NCBI GenBank assembly: GCA_023659865.1
Contig: JAGXON010000001.1
Coordinates: 45,968 to 109,967 of the forward strand
Length of the DNA: 64,000 bases
Direction: 5' to 3'
Origin: Candidatus Diapherotrites archaeon LH_S9
GTDB lineage: Archaea > B1Sed10-29 > WALL01 > JAGXON01
Below, piece after piece: positions 55,990 to 64,000 of this stretch. Numbering within the stretch: position 1 is the stretch's first letter; each line of letters opens with the position of its first letter. A program made the translations under genes and the position numbers. Below the pieces are notes generated by a model, which saw nothing but the letters and a program-made list of their open reading frames with translations, did no database searches and was not told the DNA's origin.

Positions 55990-57330
55990 ATGATGAGAAA
56001 AAAAGTTTTTTTACTGGCTTCATTGCTGGTGATCTCTTCAGCAGTGTACGCGGCCGTTTCTTTCAATAAAGCTGGGAACATGGTAGCTTCGGAATTCCCT
56101 GAATTAGGTTCCCCGAACAGCGTGCACTCGTACACTATAAAAGTAAGCAACGGAAGCTACTTCGTCTACGAATTTGAGGAAGAAGGAGTTTGGGTGGCTG
56201 TAGATCAGGAAAAAGGTGACATGGCTTCTGGAGACGTTATCAAACCTGTTTTTTCTGTTTATTATTCTATCAAGAACATTAGGGCTCAGAAAGAAAGCGA
56301 AGGCTATCCTGGAAAAAGCTTTGTAACCATATCCAGGATGCATGGAGACGTTAAATCACAGGTAAGTTACATAAAAACCTGGCAGCAGGACCTACCGGAA
56401 GAACTTTCTGAAGAAACAGACTCGCTCTTAAAAGCAGCTGAAGAACTGGACAGTGCCTTCTCAAAACTTTCGAACGAGAAAGGAGACCTAGAGCAATCAG
56501 AAGAAGCCTTGCTGGAAAGCAGTTCCTCAACTCAGGACGTGGAGAACTGGAAGAGAGACTTTTCGGACGTGCTAACGGCAAAAGCCAACATGATAGAAAA
56601 AGCTTACGCTTACGAGAACGAGAGCCAAGAATTTATAGGATCTGCTTCAGACTTCAAATCAAAGAACGACACTGAACTAAACCAAAAAAAGGCTGTGAAC
56701 AGTTTTCTTTCAGGCATAAGCATATCCCGGATACCTGGATCTCTGCCTGGCATGGAATCAACCTTGAACAAGTGGGAAAACTGGTTCCAAACCACTTTAT
56801 CCGAAGAAAAAACAAAGGAAGAAGCAGAAAGGAGAAAAAGCAATTACGAAGAAATTTTATCAGAAAAAACAGTTGAAGACAGGAAAGAAGAGGCCACGAA
56901 CCTGATAGAACAAACATCACCAAAAGTAGAAGCGCTGAAGAACAAGCTAGAAGTTTGCTCGTCGGAACTCGATATCCCAACTCAGAAGAACTTCGGAGAA
57001 ATGAAAGACAAAATGGAGAAAGCTCAAAACTCTTATCAGGAAGCTAAAACCCTTTATCAAGAATCAGAGTACGATGCAGCAAAAGAAGGATACTTGAACG
57101 CTTTCAGTTACGCTGAAGACGCGGAAGAACAAGCTGGAAAGCTCGAGGGAACCAATTGTCCTGAAGAAGAGTCTGAACCTCAAGGTATCGGCGAGATACT
57201 GGCCAATTTCGTGTCCTCGATTTGGGGACTAGCTTTCTTTGTTTTGGTGATAGCATTAATAGTAATCTGGGTAATAAGTCATAGAGGAGGTGAAGAATAT
57301 GAAGAAGACTACGATTATTATGATTACTAG
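55990..57330 (+). CDS. Secreted helical protein with C-terminal TM anchor
   Basis: Signal peptide, coiled-coil body, TM helix, acidic Tyr-rich tail. Confidence 0.6.
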   Translation: MMRKKVFLLASLLVISSAVYAAVSFNKAGNMVASEFPELGSPNSVHSYTIKVSNGSYFVYEFEEEGVWVAVDQEKGDMASGDVIKPVFSVYYSIKNIRAQKESEGYPGKSFVTISRMHGDVKSQVSYIKTWQQDLPEELSEETDSLLKAAEELDSAFSKLSNEKGDLEQSEEALLESSSSTQDVENWKRDFSDVLTAKANMIEKAYAYENESQEFIGSASDFKSKNDTELNQKKAVNSFLSGISISRIPGSLPGMESTLNKWENWFQTTLSEEKTKEEAERRKSNYEEILSEKTVEDRKEEATNLIEQTSPKVEALKNKLEVCSSELDIPTQKNFGEMKDKMEKAQNSYQEAKTLYQESEYDAAKEGYLNAFSYAEDAEEQAGKLEGTNCPEEESEPQGIGEILANFVSSIWGLAFFVLVIALIVIWVISHRGGEEYEEDYDYYDY

Positions 57331-58012
57331 TCTCTTGATGACTTTAACTGCTTCTGCAGCTTCTTTAGAGTTACAGCAAAAGCACGTGTTCACTTCAGAA
57401 GAGTTTGAAGTCGAGGTAACCCAGCACGCTCCGTTCGATGGAACATTAGAGCTTGCTTTCAACGGTGAAACAAAGAAGATATCGATAGAGAACCTGGAAC
57501 AAGGTTACTTTACTCAAACCCTGACCCTGAAAGCTCCACCTTACCCCGGGACCTATACTATAAAAGGAGATTTTGAAAAAGAAATCGGGATAGAGGAAAA
57601 CCCTCTACAAATAGAGAGCCTGGAAACTGATCCAAGCACGATCGATCCAAGAGAAACCACAAAACTCAAGTACAGGATAACCAACACCGGGAAAACAGAT
57701 GTATACAATGTAGAAGTAAAAGTAAACGCTTTCGGAGGAGAAAGATTTCTTGAAATAGCTGGATCTGAAAGCAAGCAAGAAAAAATGGCTCCAGAAGAAT
57801 CTTCAAGCAAGGTAGTGAACATAAAAGCAAAACCTTCGTCTGAAGGAAATTACAATATCGTTCTAAGAGTAAGTTACGAGTTCAATGAAGAAACTCACGT
57901 TATCTCTTCTTCCACCGACATGAACGTCGGAGGGTCAAACAACATAGAAATAGTTTTGATCGGACTAATAGTGCTTCTTGGACTTGGTATAGCAATAAAA
58001 AACTACATTTAG
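57290..58012 (+). CDS. CARDB/S-layer-like domain membrane-anchored protein
   Basis: ITNTGKTDVYNVEV, EGNYNI, C-terminal TM. Confidence 0.6.
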   Translation: MKNMKKTTIIMITSLLMTLTASAASLELQQKHVFTSEEFEVEVTQHAPFDGTLELAFNGETKKISIENLEQGYFTQTLTLKAPPYPGTYTIKGDFEKEIGIEENPLQIESLETDPSTIDPRETTKLKYRITNTGKTDVYNVEVKVNAFGGERFLEIAGSESKQEKMAPEESSSKVVNIKAKPSSEGNYNIVLRVSYEFNEETHVISSSTDMNVGGSNNIEIVLIGLIVLLGLGIAIKNYI

Positions 58013-58503
58013 TCCATTAAAACCTCTGCCAGATCTCCTTCACAATTAGAATAATCGCTTACCTCCTGAGATTCTCCTCCAACAATATCAAAAACACATT
58101 TCATCTTCATACCCCCCTCTTCTTCTCCTGAAGCCTTTTTTGATTCAACAAAAACTATACACTCTCCGATCCCTCTCTGGATTGTGTAAACTCGTTCAGT
58201 ACCTGCATAAGAACTCTTGTACTCTCCTTTAACACACTTTCTTTTCTTGCTCAGGCAAAAAGGTTTAGAGCATTCAGTAGGTTCTTCTGCTACAAGAAAA
58301 GGAACAGCGTACCCCACTATCAAAAGTAAAACAATCCCTGCAACTATCACTGATCCTATCCTCAAGCTTTTTTTCCGGGCCTCGCTTTCCTCATCAGGCT
58401 GTTCTTTAAGCTCTTCCGAAGATTTTTGTTTCTCCTCCTCTTTTTCTTCCTCGGAAAGTTCAAAACCTTCTTTTGAAAGATCTATTTCTTCACCCATCGT
58501 CAC
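58009..58503 (-). CDS. Hypothetical single-TM protein with Cys-rich external domain
   Basis: Acidic N-terminus, TM helix, six Cys. Confidence 0.5.
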   Translation of the reverse strand: MTMGEEIDLSKEGFELSEEEKEEEKQKSSEELKEQPDEESEARKKSLRIGSVIVAGIVLLLIVGYAVPFLVAEEPTECSKPFCLSKKRKCVKGEYKSSYAGTERVYTIQRGIGECIVFVESKKASGEEEGGMKMKCVFDIVGGESQEVSDYSNCEGDLAEVLMD

Positions 58504-58595
58504 TCAAACTCCTCTAGCTCGTTTTATCTTAGACAAGATTTTTTCACTGCTTTTTCTCACAAGATTCAATGAATTGTTTTGACTTGTCTTGTTTT

Positions 58596-58642
58596 AACTC
58601 TTTCCCCCCCACTTTTCGGAAGGAGACTTCTCGCCAGTTATG
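58596..58642 (-). mobile_element. Solo IS200/IS605 left-end relic
   Basis: TTTAA followed by GAAGTCTCCTTCCGAAA, 16/17 identical to GAAGTCTACTTCCGAAA in the left end of the tnpB element. Confidence 0.55.
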
Positions 58643-58647
58643 TTAAA

Positions 58648-59700
58648 TCACCTCAGCTCCACAACATCCTCGTCACAAAGCTCGTGAGACAATCCTACTT
58701 TTTGACCGCCGAACTTCGCGCTCTCACCCCAAATTCTTGCTTCATCAAAGCTTGAATGAATCTTTTCAGCTGCTTCGTCGATACTGGCGCCTTGATTAAC
58801 TATCAAAGGCTCATCGTAATCCGGGTCCTCCCCCCTCCTCTTCATGTAAATCCTTATGAGCCCAAGAGGCTGAAAAATATTTTCTTTTAATTCTTCAAGA
58901 CCTTTTTCTTCTTTCGCGCTTATTCCTATGTCAAAATCGTCGCTCACTTCATCAACTAAATCAATTTTGTTCGCAACCTTGACTGAAGGAAGATACTTCC
59001 TGTTTTTCCTCGCAGCATCTTCCAACCGCTCTAAATTAAGGTCCTCGTTTATCGTGACCACTGCATTTATTACGCCGTACTCTTTCAAGAACGCTTTAAC
59101 AGTTTCCTCATCCAAATTGGATTGTTCCACTGTACTTCTCACTTCTAATCCCCCTCTCCCTCTTTTCCTGATCCTGACGTCAGGCGGGTCCTGATCCAGC
59201 CTGATCCCTGTTTTTTCGAGCTCTTGAACAGTTTTCTCTAATCGGTCGGGCTCGCTGGCATCAACAACAATCACGATCAGATCAGCTGATCTTGCCAGAC
59301 TAAGAACTTCTTTTCCTTCTCCTTTCCCTTTCGCGGCTCCGATAATAATCCCAGGAACATCAAAAATCTGGATCTTGGCTCCTTTATACGTGAGCATGCC
59401 TGGAATAACCTCAAGAGTAGTAAACTGATACTCAGCTACTTCTGGTTCCGCGTTTGTTAACTCGTTAAGTATCGTGCTTTTCCCAACGGACGGAAATCCA
59501 GTCAAGAGCACCGTAGCGTCTCCAGTCTTTTGCGGAGCGTACCCCTGAGTCGATCCGCCTGAAGATTTCTCTTTTTTCTCCTTTAATCGAGCTATCCTAG
59601 CCTTAAGTTCACCTACATGACGCATCGTGGCCTTGTTGTACGGAGTTTCCCTGATTTCTTTTTCCAGTTCTTTTATCTTTTCTTCAACGCCCATTTTCAC
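58648..59700 (-). CDS. DRG/Obg-family GTPase
   Basis: GFPSVGKST, YQFTTL, DVPG, NKID, TGS domain. Confidence 0.93.
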   Translation of the reverse strand: MKMGVEEKIKELEKEIRETPYNKATMRHVGELKARIARLKEKKEKSSGGSTQGYAPQKTGDATVLLTGFPSVGKSTILNELTNAEPEVAEYQFTTLEVIPGMLTYKGAKIQIFDVPGIIIGAAKGKGEGKEVLSLARSADLIVIVVDASEPDRLEKTVQELEKTGIRLDQDPPDVRIRKRGRGGLEVRSTVEQSNLDEETVKAFLKEYGVINAVVTINEDLNLERLEDAARKNRKYLPSVKVANKIDLVDEVSDDFDIGISAKEEKGLEELKENIFQPLGLIRIYMKRRGEDPDYDEPLIVNQGASIDEAAEKIHSSFDEARIWGESAKFGGQKVGLSHELCDEDVVELR

Positions 59701-60265
59701 TCGCTCCGTACACTCTTAGTTTTTCCCAAGGGATTTTTTTCTCTTCCTCGATCCAGAAGTTCATTCCTTTTTGCTTAAGGATTTCTTCTGTCTTCCTGAA
59801 GTCGTTTAAGGATGATTGCACAAAAAAAGCTTTGCCTCCGTCAGCCAAATAATCTCTAAAATGATTCAGGAACCTGTCCAACAGCTCTCTACCTTTCTTG
59901 CCCCCGTCAAGGTCCTGATGCCCTTCTTTTCCTGGTAAGTAAGGAGGATTAAAAAATATCAGGTCGAATTCGCTGCTTATTTCGCTGAACAAATCGCTTT
60001 GAACAAAAGATGTCTGCAGGTCGCCTGCGTTCTCTTCAGCCAGCTTCAGAGTAGTTTCGCTAACATCAGATGAAACTACTTCAGAGCCGTTAGAGGCTGC
60101 AACAATTCCCTGGATTCCGGAACCAGTCCCAAGATCCAGCACTCGCTTGCCTTTACCTGAATGTTTTTTCACTACCTTGGCTAGCAAGAAAGAGTCTTCT
60201 CTAGGAGAGTAAACACCTTCTTTTTCCTTGAACTCAAATTCATCAAAAAATACTGTCATCTGCAA
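59684..60265 (-). CDS. HemK2/PrmC-family methyltransferase
   Basis: VYSPREDSFLL, LDLGTGSG, NPPY. Confidence 0.9.
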   Translation of the reverse strand: MQMTVFFDEFEFKEKEGVYSPREDSFLLAKVVKKHSGKGKRVLDLGTGSGIQGIVAASNGSEVVSSDVSETTLKLAEENAGDLQTSFVQSDLFSEISSEFDLIFFNPPYLPGKEGHQDLDGGKKGRELLDRFLNHFRDYLADGGKAFFVQSSLNDFRKTEEILKQKGMNFWIEEEKKIPWEKLRVYGASENGR

Positions 60266-60285
60266 AAAAGTTTTCTTGTGCGAGT

Positions 60286-60936
60286 TTATCCGCCTGGCTC
60301 GCCAGTGAAGTAAACTCCAACAGTCACAAAAACAACTGAAGTGAGCAAGTACATTGCTCCAGTAACCATCAGTATAACTCCTTCAGTTATAGAACCGAAG
60401 TCAAGAGCCATAACTTGAGGAGTAACGTTGAAAACAGCGTGACCAGCTAAGAACAGTCCAAAAATAAAGAATACGACTGCAACGATAAGCCTGAGTTTTG
60501 AAGGTCCTGCTAGGAGGTTATCAACATCTGTTCTGAGCAATTCAACTTTTTTCCTTAGTTTCACGTTCTCTTCTCTTATTTTCTTCGTGGAGAGTGAGAG
60601 GTTGTCAATTTTTTCATTCATCTTTCTCGCAAACTCCCCCATTTTTGTTTCAGCTCGAGAGTAAACTTGATCCTCTATATCCCCCATTTCCTCTTCTAAC
60701 TTGTCTTCAACCATTGAATCGATCATGTCTCGGTTGTCCTTTATTCTCTTCTGGATGAATTGGGACATTTCTCCTTTGAACTTGGCGTAGACGTCTTTTT
60801 CAGCTATTTCCATTACTTCGTCTACTTCTTCGTCAGATAAACTCATCTGGCTCAGATTATTGCGAATCTCGTTGTCGGAAAGTCCTTTGCTTCTCATGTC
60901 CGTAACTATTCTGAGCAGTTTTGGTTTTTCAGCCAA
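60286..60936 (-). CDS. Hypothetical coiled-coil protein with two C-terminal TM helices
   Basis: N-terminal MRSKGLSDNEIRNNL helix bundle, coiled coil, TM pair. Confidence 0.55.
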   Translation of the reverse strand: MAEKPKLLRIVTDMRSKGLSDNEIRNNLSQMSLSDEEVDEVMEIAEKDVYAKFKGEMSQFIQKRIKDNRDMIDSMVEDKLEEEMGDIEDQVYSRAETKMGEFARKMNEKIDNLSLSTKKIREENVKLRKKVELLRTDVDNLLAGPSKLRLIVAVVFFIFGLFLAGHAVFNVTPQVMALDFGSITEGVILMVTGAMYLLTSVVFVTVGVYFTGEPGG

Positions 60937-61006
60937 ATTATCATCCTCGGCAAAAAATATAAGTATGTAAACTATTTAAAAGTTATCATAACAAAAAGGA
61001 GATAAA

Positions 61007-61438
61007 ATGAAAATTCCTCGCCACATCATCGTATCGCTGAACTCCATAATCGTTCTAATCATATTCACAATAGCAGTAGTATCTGGAATAGTCTACTTTC
61101 TGCCTAAGTACACTGGATCACCTAACGCTCCCGAACTAGACATCAAAGCAAGATACCCCAAGCAAGCAAACACAGGAAGCGAGTGGGCTGTTAACATCTC
61201 CGTAGAAAACCAGGGAGAAAAGACAGTGAATAACTTGTTCGCTGAAATTCGTGAAAACGATTACGTTGAAACGGCAGAAGCAGGAGAACTAGAACTGCCT
61301 CCAGAAAACAAGACCACGCTCTTACTGAACTCAAAAGTATTTAATAGCGCTGAAAAAGGTGAAGCGAACATTACAGTGCTCGTTAAATCCAAGAGACTCG
61401 AAGGAAAAAAGACCGTCCTCCCAATAACAATCCCTTGA
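61007..61438 (+). CDS. Membrane-anchored CARDB-like protein
   Basis: N-terminal TM, VENQGEK motif. Confidence 0.55.
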   Translation: MKIPRHIIVSLNSIIVLIIFTIAVVSGIVYFLPKYTGSPNAPELDIKARYPKQANTGSEWAVNISVENQGEKTVNNLFAEIRENDYVETAEAGELELPPENKTTLLLNSKVFNSAEKGEANITVLVKSKRLEGKKTVLPITIP

Positions 61439-61486
61439 TTTCAACAAATTAACGAAAGAAACTTCGGTGAACTACCACCACCAAAA

Positions 61487-62629
61487 TCAAAGATTTTGGG
61501 GGTGGCTTCCTGATTCAACCACTTGACTTGCAGGAACGTGTTGCAGTTCTTGTAGAGGTTTAGTGTCCACAGGCGTAGATTCGGGTCGTCCCGACCCTAG
61601 TTTATCTATTCCTTTTTCTAAGATGTTTAGTGAGGCGTTGTAGTCACGGTCGATGTCTTGGCCGTGTTTGTGTTCTTGCGAAGTGCCTTGTGGGTTCACT
61701 TTGATTACTGTCTTACCAGCTCTTTCAGCCTTGTAGGATAGCAGCTCTGTGAATTTGTTCCACGAGGCATCAGTTATCCCTCTCGCAAGATAAGGGTTTT
61801 TAGTCATGTTCTTGATGTTTAGGTCTTCAACCGCAATCAAATCGTAGTTATCGACATAGTAGTGTGAAAGCTTGTGCAAAAAATCATTGCGTTGATTTTC
61901 AATTCGCTCGTGCTGTCGAGCTACGCGAACACGCTGTTTATCGCTGTTGTTCGAACCGTGCTCCATCCTTGAAAGCTTTTTCTGTCTGCGTTCAAGTTTC
62001 TTTGCCGACTTCTCTAAGTACTCTGGATTCTCAAACTGTCGACCATCACTGTCAGAACAATAGTATTTTAGCCCGACGTCGATACCGACAGCTTTCTCTA
62101 TCGGCTGTTCAGCAACTTCGTTCTCCTGTTCCACCATGATAGAAGCATACCATTTGCCAGACCGATAGTGCTTGATAACTACTTGTTTTATATCACCCTT
62201 GACAGGTCGGTGCATCCTCATCGGTAAATTGCCGACTTTAGAAATGTGTAGTTTATCTAAGCGGTTTCCTGTTTCCAGTATCTTGAAGCCGGATTGGTTG
62301 TAATGGATTGTTTTGAAACTTTGGCTCGACTTGAAACGCAGTCTTCCTACCTTGTTTCCTTTTTTCTTTGATTGAGACAGTGCATGAAGATTATGGAACA
62401 AACGGTGAACCTCATACTGCAGAGCCTTAGAGTACACTTGTTTTAGTTCAGGGTGTTCTTGTTTTAATGACGGTAGCTTATTCTGTAACTCATACTTATT
62501 TATCTCGTCCTGTTCATTCAACCATCCAAGAAGAGTGTTGTAAACATACCTACAGATCTCGAGGTTGTGGGATAGGGTTTCTTCTTGTTCTTTCGATGGA
62601 TACAGACGGAATTTGTAGGTTTTGTGCAT
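61487..62629 (-). CDS. tnpB: TnpB RNA-guided endonuclease
   Basis: YKFRLYP, RuvC residues GIDVG, VEDL, DRDYNASLNI. Confidence 0.95.
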   Translation of the reverse strand: MHKTYKFRLYPSKEQEETLSHNLEICRYVYNTLLGWLNEQDEINKYELQNKLPSLKQEHPELKQVYSKALQYEVHRLFHNLHALSQSKKKGNKVGRLRFKSSQSFKTIHYNQSGFKILETGNRLDKLHISKVGNLPMRMHRPVKGDIKQVVIKHYRSGKWYASIMVEQENEVAEQPIEKAVGIDVGLKYYCSDSDGRQFENPEYLEKSAKKLERRQKKLSRMEHGSNNSDKQRVRVARQHERIENQRNDFLHKLSHYYVDNYDLIAVEDLNIKNMTKNPYLARGITDASWNKFTELLSYKAERAGKTVIKVNPQGTSQEHKHGQDIDRDYNASLNILEKGIDKLGSGRPESTPVDTKPLQELQHVPASQVVESGSHPQNL

Positions 62630-62873
62630 TATTTTTCTCTCCCTGACTTTCTACGTATTTTTTTCAGTTGGTCAAGTGTTGCTTGTCCTGTTGTAGTAAG
62701 ACAAATCCTTCTGAAATACTCGTGTCCTCTCTTTTTTAGTTCGTTTGTTATATCTTTGTTGGTAAATACGTTTCTACGATGCTTTTTTATACATGACTGG
62801 ATGATAGGTCAATGTGAATACAGTGTGGGAAGGACTTATCGAAATCGTGGTAACTTTTTGGTTTTGATGGCAT
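62629..62873 (-). pseudogene. tnpA: Frameshifted, internally deleted IS200 TnpA (Y1) transposase
   Basis: HTVFTLTYH and KHRRNVF at the N-terminus, LTTTGQATLDQLKKYVESQG at the C-terminus; HUH region missing. Confidence 0.8.
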
Positions 62874-63008
62874 ATGATACACATACCCTATTACCAACTG
62901 CTATATAAACATTGTGCCAATTCATCCTCCACCAAAATCTTTGATTTCGGAAGTAGACTTCTTGGCGAAACAGTTAAATATTAAAAAACTAGTTCTCTAA
63001 CTAAAAAC

Positions 63009-63689
63009 ATGAAAAAACTACAGCAAAAGATAGCTGGAGAAATCACTTTATCAACCGACCCAGGCGCAAGCATGAAAAAATGGAGGAACATTTTCGGTTT
63101 CACGCAAACAGAAGTAGCAGAATACTTGGATTTAACCCCTTCCACTATCAGCGACTACGAGAGCAACAGGAGAAGATCTCCAGGCATAAAAGTCATAAAA
63201 AGATTTGTTGAAGCCCTCCTAGAATTAGATCAGAAAAGAGGGAGTAAAATAATAAACAAGATGACGGAAGAAACTCCTCAATTCTTTGAAGTAAAAGACT
63301 TCCCAAAAAGAGTGAAAGCCACAGAATTCGCGGAAAAAATCAATGCAAAACCAGAAACAGGGAAAAGAAGAATAAAAGACATACAAATAACCGGATACTC
63401 CATAATAGACAGCCTGAAAGCCATCACACAGCTTCCAGTAGAAGAATTCAAAAAAATATATGGAACCTCAACCGACAGAGCCCTCATATTCACAAAAGTC
63501 AGTGTAGGACGAAGCCCGATGGTAGCAATCAGAGTAACAAAACTCAGGCCAAACATCGTCGTTTACCAAGGCCTTGACGAAATGAAGGACAAAATAGCTA
63601 GAAAGATTTCAGAAGTGGAAAAGATCCCGATACTGACAACGCAGATGAAACCAGAAGAGATAAAAAAGAAACTGAAAAGATTTGAGTGA
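63009..63689 (+). CDS. Archaeal XRE-type HTH transcriptional regulator (COG1709-like)
   Basis: IAGEITLS, TISDYESNRRRSPG, RALIFTKVSVGRSPMVAIRV. Confidence 0.85.
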   Translation: MKKLQQKIAGEITLSTDPGASMKKWRNIFGFTQTEVAEYLDLTPSTISDYESNRRRSPGIKVIKRFVEALLELDQKRGSKIINKMTEETPQFFEVKDFPKRVKATEFAEKINAKPETGKRRIKDIQITGYSIIDSLKAITQLPVEEFKKIYGTSTDRALIFTKVSVGRSPMVAIRVTKLRPNIVVYQGLDEMKDKIARKISEVEKIPILTTQMKPEEIKKKLKRFE

Positions 63690-63693
63690 GTCC

Positions 63694-64000
63694 ATGTGGT
63701 TCGCACTAGCATTAATAGCAATGACCTGCTTTGGCCTGCAGAATTTTCTTCTTAAAGTAGCTGGCGAACGAAAATACGACTCGAAAATAACTGTTTTTTC
63801 TTTTTTCTTCGTAGGAGCCATCCTAGCAATAATAATCTTCTTGGCGTCTCCCTTGGAAGTAACCAATCTTCCTTTTTTAGTTGGAATAGCAATCATCCAA
63901 GTCACTTTCTTCCTCACAGCAAGCTTGCTTAAGCTAGAGTCAATGAAACACACTGCTTCACTAAGAGCCTTCCCCATATTTGGAACACACGGAGCAATAA
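63694..64000 (+). CDS. EamA/DMT-like transporter (3' end outside window)
   Basis: MWFALALIAMTCFGLQNFLLK followed by hydrophobic helices. Confidence 0.6.
   Translation, partial: MWFALALIAMTCFGLQNFLLKVAGERKYDSKITVFSFFFVGAILAIIIFLASPLEVTNLPFLVGIAIIQVTFFLTASLLKLESMKHTASLRAFPIFGTHGAI

Larger units (their letters stand above)
61467..62973 (-). mobile_element. IS200/IS605 element (tnpA remnant plus tnpB)
   Basis: Subterminal hairpins CCAAAATC-aaa-GATTTTGG and CCAAAATC-ttt-GATTTCGG; TTTAA at the left flank; right end GTAGTTCAC. Confidence 0.88.

Noticed and set aside
1-64000. CRISPR array or cas genes
   Set aside because: No regularly spaced direct repeats or cas-like ORFs seen; TnpB sits within IS ends

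Overview
Archaeal chromosomal segment, probably a small-genome DPANN-type lineage (inferred from gene content; not confirmed). Core genes include FEN1, XPD, Nre, MCM, aIF2-beta, aIF1A, aIF5A, ValRS, MetRS, Sm, DRG, porGDAB, form III RuBisCO and bacterial-type MetK. An accessory zone at about 14.4-24.7 kb holds two metallo-beta-lactamase-fold genes bracketed by integron attC-like relics, IS200/IS605 end fragments, gene debris and a decayed head-tail provirus (terS-terL-portal). A diverged 64-nt copy of part of terL lies just upstream of the provirus. Next is a NifB/NifX-CDF-ZIP-P-loop ATPase-DUF5320-DUF134 cluster whose two promoters carry the same palindromic operator. Two intron-containing tRNAs follow: tRNA-Val(GAC) with a D-loop intron in a bulge-helix-bulge fold, and tRNA-Ala(GGC) with a 37/38 intron. 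An IS200/IS605 element with a RuvC-intact, zinc-finger-less TnpB and several miniature relics point to a TTTAA target motif. All calls are from motif recognition by eye; no database searches were run.
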